NCBI RefSeq assembly: GCF_963921235.1
Contig: NC_086097.1
Span: 237,896,001 to 237,960,000 of the forward strand
DNA length: 64,000 nt
Origin: Mobula hypostoma
Taxonomy: Eukaryota
Direction of reading: 5' to 3'
The translations under genes and the position numbers were made by a program. The notes beneath the pieces are model-generated. The model had not been told where the DNA came from. It was given only the letters and a program-made list of their open reading frames with translations, and did no database searches. Position 1 is the stretch's first letter. Every line of letters begins with the position of its first letter. Shown one piece after another: positions 50,860 through 62,317 of this stretch.

Positions 50860-52414
50860 AGAAACATAGAAACATAGAAAATAGGTGCAGGAGTAGGCCA
50901 TTCGGCCCTTCGAGCCTGCACCGCCATTTATTATGATCATGGCTGATCATCCAACTCAGAACCCAGCCTTCCCTCCATACCCCCTGACCCCTGTAGCCAC
51001 AAGGGCCATATCTAACTTCCTTTTAAACATAGCTAATGAACTGGCCTCAACAGTTTGCTGTGGCAGAGAATTCCACAGATTCACCACTCTCTGTGTGAAG
51101 AAGTTTTTCCTAACCTCGGTCCTAAAAGGCTTCCCCTCTATCCTCAAACTGTGACCCCTCGTTCTAGACCTCCCCAACATCGGGAACAATCTTCCTGCAT
51201 CTAGCCTGTCCAATCCCTTTAGGATCTTATACGTTTCAATCAGATCCCCCCTCAATCTTCTAAATTCCAACAAGTACAAGCCCAGTTCATCCAGTCTTTC
51301 TTCATATGAAAGACCTGCCATCCCAGGAATCAATCTGGTGAACCTTCTTTGTACTCCCTCTATGGCAAAGATGTCTTTCCTCAGATTAGGGGACCAAAAC
51401 TGCACACAATACTCCAGGTGTGGTCTCACCAAGGCCTTGTACAACTGCAGTAGTACCTCCCTGCTCCTGTACTCGAATCCTCTCGCTATAAATGCCAGCA
51501 TACCGTTCACCTTTTTCACCGCCTGCTGTACCTGCATGCCCACTTTCAATGACTGGTGTATAATGACACCCAGGTCTCGTTGCACCTCCCCTTTTCCTAA
51601 TCGGCCACCATTCAGATAATAATCTGTTTTCCTATTTTTGCCACCAAAGTGGATAACTTCACATTTATCCACATTAAATTGCATCTGCCATGAGTTTGCC
51701 CACTCACCCAACCTATCCAAGTCACCCTGCATCCTCTTAGCATCCTCCTCACTGCTAACACTGCCACCCAGCTTCGTGTCATCCGCAAACTTGGAGATGC
51801 CGCATTTAATTCCCTCATCCAAGTCATTAATATATATTGTAAACAACTGGGGTCCCAGCACTGAGCCTTGCGGTACCCCACTAGTCACCGCCTGCCATTC
51901 TGAAAAGGTCCCGTTTATTCCCACTCTTTGCTTCCTGTCTGCTAACCAATTCTCCACCCACACCAATACCTTACCCCCAATACCGTGTGCTTTAAGTTTG
52001 CACACTAATCTCCTATGTGGGACCTTGTCAAAAGCCTTTTGAAAATCCAAATATACCACATCCACTGGTTCTCCCCTATCCACTCTACTAGTTACATCCT
52101 CAAAAAATTCTATGAGATTCGTCAGACATGATTTTCCTTTCACAAATCCATGCTGACTTTGTCCGATCATTTCACCGCTTTCCAAATGTGCTGTTATCAC
52201 ATCCTTGATAACTGACTCCAGCAGTTTCCCCACCACCGACGTTAGGCTAACCGGCCTATAATTCCCCGGTTTCTCTCTCCCTCCTTTTTTAAAAAGTGGG
52301 GTTACATTAGCCACCCTCCAATCCTCAGGAACTAGTCCAGAATCTAACGAGTTTTGAAAAATTATCACTAATGCATCCACTATTTCTTGGGCCACTTCCT
52401 TAAGCACTCTGGGA
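50860..52414 (-). mobile_element. Young 5'-truncated CR1 LINE
   Basis: TGTTAT duplicated at 50854-50859 and 52415-52420; (CATAGAAA)n tail; unbroken ORF. Confidence 0.95.
50956..52407 (-). CDS. CR1 ORF2 reverse-transcriptase domain, intact frame but lacking the endonuclease and a true start
   Basis: 483 codons with NYRPVSLTS, SQHGFVKGKSCLTNL, YLDFQKAFDKVPH, SGVPQGSVLGP, FADD and the CR1 C-terminus. Confidence 0.85.
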   Translation of the reverse strand: MLKEVAQEIVDALVIIFQNSLDSGLVPEDWRVANVTPLFKKGGREKPGNYRPVSLTSVVGKLLESVIKDVITAHLESGEMIGQSQHGFVKGKSCLTNLIEFFEDVTSRVDRGEPVDVVYLDFQKAFDKVPHRRLVCKLKAHGIGGKVLVWVENWLADRKQRVGINGTFSEWQAVTSGVPQGSVLGPQLFTIYINDLDEGIKCGISKFADDTKLGGSVSSEEDAKRMQGDLDRLGEWANSWQMQFNVDKCEVIHFGGKNRKTDYYLNGGRLGKGEVQRDLGVIIHQSLKVGMQVQQAVKKVNGMLAFIARGFEYRSREVLLQLYKALVRPHLEYCVQFWSPNLRKDIFAIEGVQRRFTRLIPGMAGLSYEERLDELGLYLLEFRRLRGDLIETYKILKGLDRLDAGRLFPMLGRSRTRGHSLRIEGKPFRTEVRKNFFTQRVVNLWNSLPQQTVEASSLAMFKRKLDMALVATGVRGYGGKAGF

Positions 52415-52724
52415 TGTTATCCAGAACTACAGGGCATAGCCTCAAAATTGAGGTAGAACGGAGGTAAGGAGGAGTATTTTTAGCCAGGGCGTAGTGAATT
52501 TGTGGAATGCTCTGCCACAGACTGTGGTGGAGGCCAAGTCCGTGGGCATATTTAAGGCGGAAGTTGATCATTTCCTAATCGCCCAGAACATCAAAGGATA
52601 TGCGGAGAAGGCAAGTTTATGGGGTTTAGTGGGATCCAGGATCAAGCCATGATGGAATGGTGGAGCAGATTCAATGGGCTGAATGGCTTAATTCTGCTCC
52701 TATGTCTTATGGTCTTATGTTTAT

Positions 52725-52968
52725 ATAGGCCCTTTGGTCCACAATGCTCTGCCGAACCAGTTAAAAAGTAAATCAAAAACCCCTAAAAACTAATCCAACC
52801 TATCTACAGAATACCCATATTTCTCCATCTTCCTCACATTTGTGTGCTTTTCTACATGTTTCTTAAAAGTCTCTAATTTATTTGCCTCTACCACCAACCA
52901 GACAGTGCATTCCAGGTATCCACCACTCTCTGAGTGAAAAAAAACTTGCCTCTCACTTCCCCTTTGAA
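52725..52968 (-). mobile_element. CR1 3' fragment
   Basis: CACCACTCTCTGAGTGAAAAA (minus-strand FFTQRVV) plus 3' UTR. Confidence 0.8.
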
Positions 52969-53082
52969 AACACGAATAGAAAAGTAACTTATTATTTCAA
53001 GTTATTATTTATTATTTATAGTTCAAAGGGATTTGGAGATCCAACCACATGAAAAACAATGTGTTAGCCTACAGCTACAGTG

Positions 53083-53720
53083 GAATCAGAATCAAGTTTA
53101 ATACATCTGACATATATATCGTGAGATTTGTTGTTTACAGCATCGGTACAGTGTAATGTATAAAAAAATACAATAAATTACTATAAGAAATATATATAAT
53201 TAAGTAAGTCATGCAAAAAGAGAACAAACATAGTGAGTAACACACACAAAACTCAGCACTCCAGGAAGCATCTATGGAAAAGAGCAAACAGTTGACTGTT
53301 TGGGCCAAGACCCTTCATCAGGACTGGAAAAACAGATGAAGTCAGAGTAAGAAGGTATGGGGAGGGGGAGGAAGAAGTAAAGACAAGTGAAACCAGGAGA
53401 GGGGGAGGGGTGAAGTAAAGAGCTGGGAAGTCGATTGCTGAAAGAGATACAGGGCTAGAGCAGTCTTGTAGGAGAGGACAGAAGGCCACAGTGGAAAGGG
53501 AAGGGGGAAGAGCTCCTGAGGAAGGTGATGGGCTCATTGTACATTCAGAAATCCAATGGTGGAGGGGAAGAAGCTGTTCCTAAAACATTGAGTGAGTGTA
53601 CCTTCAGGATCCTGTACCTCCTCTCTGATGGTAGTAATAAGAAGTGAGTATGTCCTGGGCAATGGAAGTCCAAAATGATGAATGCCCAATATTTGAGGTT
53701 TTGCCTTTTGAAGAGTTAGT
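53083..53720 (-). mobile_element. Rex/Babar-type 3' fragment interrupted by a PLE
   Basis: (GAATCA)n tail; minus strand QCFRNSFFPSTI. Confidence 0.65.
53238..53535 (-). mobile_element. PLE 3' end with decayed hammerhead
   Basis: Minus strand CAGTC-CTGATGA-AGGGTCTTGGCCC-AAACAGTC-AACTG at 53289-53326, preceded by a CT-rich tract. Confidence 0.8.
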
Positions 53721-53744
53721 TTCATGGAAAATCTATTGCAAGGA

Positions 53745-54008
53745 TATGATAGTTCAAGAGTATAGAAGTTGTGAGGGAACATTACAGAGCACAAGTTCAT
53801 GGTACACTGAGTAGTGTATGCATGGAATGTACTGTCAGAGGTGGTGGTAGAGGTAGATACACTTGGGGCATTTAAGGAAATCTTAGATGGGCTCATGGAT
53901 GACAAAAATGGGGGGCTATGTAAAAGGAAAGAGTTAGATTGATTTTAGAATAGGTTAAAAGGCTGACACAATATTGTGGGCCAATAGACCTGTAATATTC
54001 TATGTTCT
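53745..54008 (+). mobile_element. CR1 3' fragment
   Basis: AWNVLSEVVVEVDTLGAFK peptide; TTCTATGTTCT tail. Confidence 0.75.
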
Positions 54009-55803
54009 TTTGTCTCTTAATATGTCTGCAGTACTTGTTTATTCCTAAGTGCAGGTATATTGGGTTCAACATTCTGCAGAGTCAATGTACCAGAAAGCTG
54101 AAGACACACGCATAGCATTTTTGAAACAGCTTCTTCCCCTCCACCATCAGATTTTTGAGCGGTCCATGCTCCTATGAACACCACCTCACCTTTTTTGCTC
54201 TCGTTTTACACCACTTAATTTCATGGCATGCACATTTCAGTGATGGTAAACCTGATTCTAATTCTTGGACATTTGGTTCCACAAGATCAGTCCTGAAATG
54301 AATATTTCATCGATGAATACAGCAGAGAGCGCTTTCCTCTCTAATTAAAATCATACTCAACTCAATGATTTAAGTAACAACTGAGGTGGCAAGCGAATGC
54401 AGTGGAGGAACACACAAAAACACTAGGAACGCAAAAACAACCCCAGTGGTCTTAAACAGATCACCTATCTCTGGCAATTAATCCTATCTAATAGAAATCA
54501 GCTGATGCAGTTACAGTAGAGAGAACATTCTATGATCAGTTCCCTTTCTTTTTTAGGACAAACCCCTATCACTCCTTGGAAAATTCTCAAAGTACCACAG
54601 AGCAAAGAAATATATATATGATGAAAGTTTTTTTTTAAACTTTCTCTTCAGACAAGACCAATTTATATAAATTGATTCAAAAAGGACAAACAGTTAGAGA
54701 ACAGAATTTGGGAGAATAACCTGGGGTGAGTATATAGGTATCTCAGTGGGAGATAAGTCATGCTACTTTGCAACAGAACTTATATCCTGAAAATAATCAA
54801 TAACACTAAAGAGATAGAAAAAAAGCAGGAGTTAAGCCATTATCCCTGTAACTCATGCACAAGTAATGGACAAATCAATACTGTTCTGTCTTTCCAATGC
54901 AACTCCGAAAATTGAGAGATTCTGAAAATAAAATTTACAGTAAATGAACAATTACAGAAATAAACAGAAGTTCAATTGACAAATGAAAGTGGCTAATGAG
55001 ACTGGTTCCATGCTATCACCTTGGTTACAGCATGAAACTTCTTTACAAGTAGAGACCCAAAATTTACTTGCATAGCCTCAAACCTCATATAACCTTCTTC
55101 CACATTGCGCTGATTTTGTGATCTGAGTTTTCAAATGGAATGCAATTTCCAACATGTGACCCCAATTGCAGCTCACTCCATTTGTCGGTGGAATAAGTTG
55201 GCCTTACAGGTGTTTCTTAAATAGGTTGTTGTAAAACATGGGACAAAATCCTCCTTATTTTAATATTTGCATTGGTTGGAAAGACTTGGCTTGCTGAGTC
55301 AATGTTATAAATATAGCGTGTCAGCTTACTAAAGTGAGAACTGGGCTTCAGAGCAGTTTGGATAGCATGCCAGGAACAAAAGTTGGATTGTCAGGGGTGT
55401 GAGAAATGGACAAACTTCAACCTTTGGGATCTCATTTGCACTCAATTTAAAATGACCCCACTCACTCCATTTGCTTAAACTAGTGAACAGAGACATGAAA
55501 AGGCTGGAGTTAGTGCTGCCTCCCCCAGTGATTGTGTGATGGGAGTTGGTTTCTACTACGGATGACTGGATTGATGGCATGAGTTTTTGGACTCTTATTG
55601 CATGATTGTGATATCATTTGCACTTGCTGTCTCGTGTGTGCTCTGGGCTGTGTGTGACTGTTGCTACTGTGTTTTATCCCTTGACCCCAGAGAAAAGCTG
55701 CTTAATTTGGCTGTATTCATGAGTATTCAAGTATGGTTGAACGACAAGTAAACTTGAATTAATCTTTTTTTCCCCTATGAAGAGATATAAGATAAAGATA
55801 AGC

Positions 55804-55901
55804 AGCACACACAAAATGCTGGAGGAACTCAGCAGGTCAGGCAGCATCAATGGAAAAAAGTGCAGTCGACATTTCAGACCAAGGCCCTTCAGAAGGACCA
55901 A
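55804..55901 (-). mobile_element. Solo PLE terminus (98 bp)
   Basis: Flanked by AGAT(A/G)TAAGATAAAGATAAGC (55783-55803, 55902-55922); minus strand GTC-CTTCTGA-AGGGCCTTGGTCT-GAAA-TG-TC-GAC. Confidence 0.75.
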
Positions 55902-55927
55902 AGATGTAAGATAAAGATAAGCTTTAA

Positions 55928-56548
55928 GGCAGGAGGAGAAGATAGCAGCGCAACGCAGCGCGCGCAGCTCTCCGGTGAAATGATATCGTATCTGTTATAT
56001 AGAGGTCGTGGAAAGTTCTGATTTGATGGAGACAGACGTGAAAGCACAGAGGAACATCTGGAGAAATTTCTGAAACGCCGGTTCGCTGCCGCTGTTACTG
56101 TGCGATCGAGAATCTCTGGAGGGAAGGCCTCAAAATCCCCGGCTTTGCCTGCTGCTGGCGACCGAGGTTGAGGTCGAAGCGTTCGGATAGAGATGGTGCT
56201 CGGTACTCGGTGTCGGAGGGCTGATCGGAGGCTCAAAGTTTTCAGACGACTGAGAGTCGAACTGTGGTCGGGCATGGCAGGGAGAGTTTTCTTCCTTCTC
56301 TCGTCTGCGTGAGATGTGGGACATTTGAGAGACTGAACTTTTTTACTGTGCCATGGCCTGTTCTTCATCAAGTTATGGTATTGTTGCACTGTTGTAACTA
56401 TATGTTATAATTATGTGTTTTTGTTAGTTTTTCAGTCTTGGCCTGTCCTGTGTTTCTGTGATAGCACACCGGAGAAATATTGTATCATTTCTTAATGCAT
56501 GCATTACTAAATGACAATAAAGGAGGACTGCATGTCCTCATAATCTAA
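55928..56548 (+). mobile_element. About 620-bp CpG-rich non-coding retroposon, copy 1
   Basis: Aligns end to end with 57973-58594; AATAAA, GAGGAC/GTCCTC hairpin and AATCT tail. Confidence 0.85.
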
Positions 56549-56559
56549 CAAAAGAAATA

Positions 56560-56758
56560 GAAACATGAAGTGAAATGACCAACACAGTTCGAGGATACGC
56601 TAGGGCCACCCAGTAAGTATCACCTGACTTTCGGAGCCACCATAACATGCCGACAAGTCACTGACCTCAATACATATGTCTTTGGAATGTGGGAGGAGAC
56701 TGGAGCATCCATAGATCCACAGGAAACCCATGCAGTCATGGGGAAAATGCACAAACTC
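56560..56758 (-). mobile_element. V-SINE-like fragment
   Basis: GTCTTTGGAATGTGGGAGGAGACTGGAGCA..GGAAACCCATGCAGTCA core on the reverse strand. Confidence 0.6.
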
Positions 56759-56780
56759 AAAGATTCAAAGTACATTTATT

Positions 56781-57358
56781 TCATGAGGACTAGAATATAA
56801 AATCAAGGATATGATGTTGAAACTTTATGAAGCACTGGCGAAGCCTCACTTGAAGTATTGTGAGCATATTTGAGCACCAAACCTTAGAAAGGGTGTGCTG
56901 AAACTGAAGAGGGTTTAAAGGAGATTCATGAAAATGATTCCAGGATTGAATGGTTTGTCATATGAAGAACACTTGATGGCTCTGGGCCTGTATTCACTGG
57001 AATTCAGAAAAATGAGGGGTGACATCATTGAAACCTATCGAACGGTGAAAGGTCAGGATAGAGTGGGTGTGGAGAGAATGTTTCCTATGGTGGGCACAGC
57101 CTCACAATAGAGGAACATCCCTTTAGAAAGGAGATAAGGAGGAATTTCTTTGGCCAGAGGGTGGTGCATCCGTGTAATTCTTTACCACAGGCAGCTGTGA
57201 CGGCCAAGTCTTTATATATACAGAGGTCAGGGCATGAAGGGATATGGGAGAAGGCAGGAGATTGGGGCTGAGAGGAAAATTGGATCAGCCATGATGAAAT
57301 GGCAGAGCAGACTCGATGGGCCAAGGGCCCTAATTCTGCTCCTGTATCTTATGGTCTT
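56781..57358 (+). mobile_element. CR1 3' fragment inserted in a minus-strand non-autonomous element (about 56759-57570)
   Basis: EFRKMRGDIIETY peptide; flanks rejoin as GATTCAAAGTACATTTATT..ATCAAAGTATGCATGC. Confidence 0.8.
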
Positions 57359-57972
57359 AATATCAAAGTATGCATGCAGCTTACAACCCTAAGATTCGTC
57401 TTCCCCTTAGACAGCCATGAAACAAAGAAAACCATGGAACCCGTTCAAAGAAAAAGCATCAAATCCCACCCCAACGCATTAAAAATGTGCAAACATCAAA
57501 AAAAGTGTGGAAAGCATAGAATTCCTGACAGAAAGCAGCGCAAATCAAACCCAGAGCGCAGGAGCTGTAATTTGTTATGCTAAACCACACTACTGTGCTG
57601 CCCATTTTTGTACTTTAAATAGCAATAATGACTTTTTTTCCTGTTTTAGCTTTTTTCTTTGCAGGAAGATTCTTTCCATTTCTTCAAGTTAAAAATTCAT
57701 CTTCAAAGTTGCAAAAAGTATAACATAGGTGCAAGGTGCTTTTCCTTCTGTTTTCCCAAAGGAGCATCCACAGGAATACTTCACTTTTCTTTCCATGCTT
57801 CAGGTGCTGATGTGCTTTCAGTATTTTCAGTCTTCAGTCCATATTTACGTTGCATGCATGTCCATTGTACTGAGTCCATTGTTTACACACTATAGTTCAA
57901 ATTCATACATAATCCTCAATGTTATATATGAATTAGTCAGAAATATTACATAAATTACCATGAAACATTTAT

Positions 57973-58594
57973 GGCTGGAGGAGGCGATAGCAGCACTCCG
58001 GTGAAAATGATTTTGTATCCGTTAAATAGGTGCTGTGGACAATTCTGATTCGATGGAGACAGAAGTGAAAGCACGGAGGAACATCTGGAGAAATTTCTGA
58101 AACGCCGGTTCGCTGCTGTTGTTACTGCGCGATCGAGAACCTTCCGGAGGGAAGGCCCCAAAATCCCCGGCTTTGCCTGCTGCTGGCGACCGAGACTGAG
58201 GTCGAATCATTCCGATAGAGATGGTGCTCAGTACTCGGTGTCGGAGGGCTGATCGGAGGCTCAAAGTTTTCAGACGACTCAGAGTCGAACTGTGGTCGGG
58301 CATGGCAGGGAGAGTTTTCTTCCTTCTCCCGTCTGCGTGAGATGAGGGACTTTCGAGAAACTTTGAACTCTTTTACTGTGCCATGGCCTGTTCTTCATCA
58401 AGTTATGGTATTGTTGCACTGTTGTAACTATATGTTATAATTATGTGGTTTTGTTAGTTTTTTCAGTCTTGGTCTGTCCTGTGTTTCTCTGATATCACAC
58501 CAGAGGAATATTGTATCATTTCTTAATGCATGCATTACTAAATGACAATAAAAGAGGACTGCGTGTCCTCATAATCTAATCTAATCTAATCTAA
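57973..58594 (+). mobile_element. About 620-bp CpG-rich non-coding retroposon, copy 2
   Basis: Direct repeat of 55928-56548; hairpin at 58554-58570; (AATCT)4 tail. Confidence 0.85.
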
Positions 58595-59104
58595 AAACAT
58601 GATTTTAATCCGTCTGAAAGAAAGTTGTAGATGGGGGATTTGGGGGAACATTTTACCTTGCAAGTGTTGAAGTAATACCCAGAGAGGACTAAAACTGATG
58701 AAAATCTCACATTAATGTATGCTGCTGGAGAGAAATATGTAAACAAGCAAGCCTCTTGCAGCACTGAAGGATTTGCCTTGTTCTTCGTATCTAATTAATT
58801 TAGAATATTTCAGTTCTAATTTTGACTTTATTGCACAGATAGTTATGGCACAGAGTCCCTCTGCTGCATCTTTAACACATACAATTATATGTATACCTGT
58901 CTGGAATACATTATAATCAAAGGACTTGACCCTAATAATGGCATTTTCAGATTCCAGTACCAAACACTTCATTTTTTATTGCAAGCAATTTGATTTAAAT
59001 TGCCACCAATTAGGATGGTCTTGTGTTCGGACCAGTACTCACAAGGAAATTAAGTCAAACTGCCCAAGCCAAATTCAAACAAAACCACAGTCTGATCAGC
59101 ATCT

Positions 59105-59490
59105 GGCTGCATCATGGCCTGATATGGAAGCACCAATGCCCAGGAGCATAAAGGCCTACAAGAAGTGATGGACACAGGCAAAGCTCTCCCTACCAATAAG
59201 CATATCTATAAGGAGTGTTATAACAAGAAAGCTGCCTCCATCATCAAGGACCACAAATATCCAGGTAATGTTCTCTTCTTGCTGCTATCATCAAGAAGGA
59301 GGTACAGGAGCCTTAGGTTCCACACCACCAGGTTCAGAAACAGTTATTACCCTACATCCACAACCAGCATGGTTAACTTCAATCTCCTCAACACTAAAAT
59401 AATTCCCCAAACTATGGACTCACTTTCAATGTTCTACAACTCATAATCTTGGTATTATTGAATATTTAATTCATCTATTGGCACAGTTTG
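59105..59490 (+). mobile_element. Rex/Babar-type 3' fragment
   Basis: ORF 59165-59446 KKAASIIKDHKYPG..RRYRSLRFHTTRFRNSYYP. Confidence 0.8.
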
Positions 59491-60082
59491 AAGAAAGAAT
59501 GGGCAAAAATACAGAATATAAAAAAACATAAAACTGAAAGAGCCCGATTTGAACTATTATCTACAGTCCAATCCATAAATCACAGAACGTAGGTAACATC
59601 ATCTGACAGCACTGAGTGAGAGACCGAGAGAGAGCGAGAGAGACCACTCAGATGCAGAGGTCTTCCCTCAGGAGCAGCAAGCAATAAGCCGTTACACCCA
59701 GGCAACTTCCCTCAGGAGCAGCAAGTGAGGGATCCGTCACAGCAGTGAGTGAGAGGGAGGTAGTCGGTGCTAAACACCTGCTCACCTTCCGCATTAGCCT
59801 TGATGTTTCAATGTTCCTCTATTGGTGAGAAACAGGGTCGATCATGGCCCGCGCTCTGTCTCTAAGTTTCTATGCCTTGAGGCAGCTTGCCTCCTGGAAT
59901 TTTCTCAGAGACAGCAAAGTGCTAGATCACTCAATCATTCTCCGAACTGTAAATCACAGGCTCTGACAGTTCCAGAAATATATTTAAGACAGAAAGAAGA
60001 CATAGAAGAAGTGAAGTAAACTGTTTTCTGGACCATCAGGAGGATATTGCCTGAGGAGGTATTGTTTGCTGGCACCATCTTG
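59490..60082 (-). mobile_element. Non-autonomous element with CAAGATGGTGCC head
   Basis: GGCACCATCTTG at 60071-60082; head resembles 892-960. Confidence 0.45.
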
Positions 60083-60127
60083 ACATTTAACATCTATTAC
60101 ACTATTTTTTTAAGTGAATGAATTTGA

Positions 60128-60335
60128 ACATAGAACATAGAATAGTACAGCACAGTACAGGCCCTATGGCCCACAATGTTGTGCCAACCCTTAAACCCTG
60201 CCTCCCATATAAACCCCCACCTTAAATTCCTCCATATACCTGTCTAGTAGTCTCTTACATTTCACTAGTGTATCTGCCTCCACCACTGACTCAGGCAGTG
60301 CATTCCACGCACCAACCACTCTCTGAGTGAAAAAA
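60128..60335 (-). mobile_element. CR1 3' fragment
   Basis: (CATAGAA)n tail; minus strand FFTQRVVGAWNALPESVVEA. Confidence 0.85.
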
Positions 60336-60629
60336 ACATGAAACCACGATTAAGGTTTTTTTGCATGGGAGCGGCTTGGGGTTCAGGGGTTTGATATTTT
60401 AGTTGCCGTGTTCTGGTCAGTAATCTGTTAGTTTTTGTGCGAGGGAGGGCTTGGGGTTTAGGGTGTGTGAGTTTTCTTTGTTTTTTTCATGCAGGAAGGG
60501 GATTCATGTCTTTTCTTTCAATGACTCATGTTTTTTTCTGTATTTCATGGCTACCTGGAGAAGGCAAATCTCAGAGTTGTATTCTGCAAACATACTTTGA
60601 TAATGAAATACACTTTTGAACATTTGTTG

Positions 60630-61518
60630 ATGATACAACCACTGTTGGCAGAATCTCAGATGATGATGAGAGGGAGTACAGAAGCAAGGTATACCAGCCT
60701 GTTGAGTGATGTCACAGCAACAACCTTGCACTCAATATCAGTAAGACCAAAGAGCCGATTGTGAACTTCAAAAAGGGTAAGATGAGGGAACATGAACCAA
60801 ATCTCACAGATGGATTAGAAGTGGAGAGAGTGAGCAATTTCAAGTTCCTGAGTGTCAATATCTCTGAGAATCTAACTTGTTTCCAACATATTGATGCAGC
60901 TATAAAGAAGGCAAGACAACAGCTATATTTCATAAGGAGTTTTAGGAGATTTGGTTTGTCACCTGAAACATTCAAGAACTTCTGCAGATGTTCTATGGAG
61001 AGCATTCTGACTGGCTGCATCACCATTTGGTGTGGGGATTGGTGGTGGTGCTACTGCACAGGATAGAAAGAAGCTACAGAAGGTTGTAAACTTAGTCAGC
61101 TCCATCATGGATACTGGCCTCTGTAGTATCCAAGACACCTTCAAGGAGCGGTGCCTCGGAAAGTCACATCCATCATTAAAGACCCCTATCACCAAGGACA
61201 TGCCATCTTCTCATTGTTACCATCTGGAAGGAGGTACAGAAGCCAGAAGGCACACACTCAGTGATTCAGGAACAACTTCCTCCCCTCTGCCATCCAATTT
61301 CGAAATGGACATTGAACACATGCACACTACCTCACTTTTTTTATTATTTCTGTTTTTATTTTTTTTATTTCTATTTTGTAATTCTATTTTTAATTTAAAT
61401 ATTTAATATACATTTGCACTTATATTTATTTATTATTTATCATGTATTGAATTGTATTGCTGGCCTTAAGAAGTTTCACAACATATGACAGCAATATTAA
61501 AACCTGATTCTGCTTCTG
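60630..61518 (+). mobile_element. Rex/Babar-type LINE fragment
   Basis: VERVSNFKFL, KKARQQLYFIRSFRRFG and ESILTGCITIW peptides; CTGATTCT tail. Confidence 0.85.
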
Positions 61519-61874
61519 AGCCCAGTGACTACAGGCCCAGAACACTCCTTTGAAACATCTCACAGCCTGCATTGGATAAACAATTCACTTATACATAATA
61601 TTTCTTGCACCTTCTCTAGGATGTTCACAGCCTTCCTACAGTGCAATAACTAGTTTAGGAACCAGTTTTTGAACGGAGTTCAACAATGACCATTAATTTT
61701 GAAGTCCATCTCCAATTTCATTGCTCCTTTTTTTGGAATATACCTTCTCTAGCTCTCCAGCCACATTCAAAGATTTATGAATATGCAGATTATGCTTTTG
61801 GTGCACTCACTGGTGGAGGTGACATTCTGTATTGCAGCCTACAGGCAATAAGCTACAGCAGAAATTTTGACCGC

Positions 61875-62316
61875 TTTTGGAGTATCGTGAGCATGCAAGC
61901 ATTGGGGAGGATCCAGCGGAAGTTCACGAGAATGCTCCCAGAATGAAAGGGTTAAAATATGATGAGTGTTTGATGATTCTGGGCCTGTACTTGCTGAAGT
62001 TTAAAAGAATGAGGAGAGGGTCTCATTGAATGCTATCAAATTTTGGAAGGCCTAGATTGAGTGGATCTAGAGAGGATGTCTCTGAGAGTGGAGAAGTCTA
62101 GAACCAGAGGTCACAGCTTCAGAATAGAAGAAAGTCACTTTAAAACAGAGATGAGGAGATTTTTTTATACAGAGGGTGGTGAATCTGTGGAATTCATTGC
62201 CATGGATGACTGCAGAGGCAAAGTCATTAAGTATATTTAAAGCTAAGGTTGATAGATTCTTAGGGAGTTAAAGGTTAAGGGAAGAAGACAGGAGAATTGG
62301 GTTGAGAGGGATAATA
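61875..62316 (+). mobile_element. CR1 3' fragment
   Basis: RIQRKFTRMLP and SRTRGHSFRIE..RVVNLWNSLP peptides. Confidence 0.85.
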
Positions 62317-62317
62317 A

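Larger units (their letters stand above)
50149..52720 (+). mobile_element. CR1 fragment hosting an antisense young CR1
   Basis: WLPVTSGVPQ..DDTKIGG and LERVQRRFT peptides; resumes at TATCCAGAACT after 52414; TTATGGTCTTATG tail. Confidence 0.88.

Noticed and set aside
51338..52042. Plus-strand ORFs over CR1s (also 15624-15935, 43989-44639 and similar)
   Set aside because: Antisense shadows of CR1 ORF2.
50956..52407. RT as a prokaryotic retron, DGR or group II intron, or as a domesticated host gene
   Set aside because: Motifs, C-terminus, tandem-repeat tail, TSD and 5' truncation are those of a CR1 LINE; there is no evidence of a promoter or of selection.
55889..58303. Related ORFs 55889-56389 and 58022-58303 as a duplicated gene
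   Set aside because: They are antisense to the 620-bp retroposon and their frame limits differ between copies.
55928..58594. The two 620-bp direct repeats as LTRs of one LTR retrotransposon
   Set aside because: No TG..CA ends, PBS or PPT; each has a LINE-type tail; the interior is unrelated SINE and CR1 sequence; a 5'-truncated solo copy exists at 11690.
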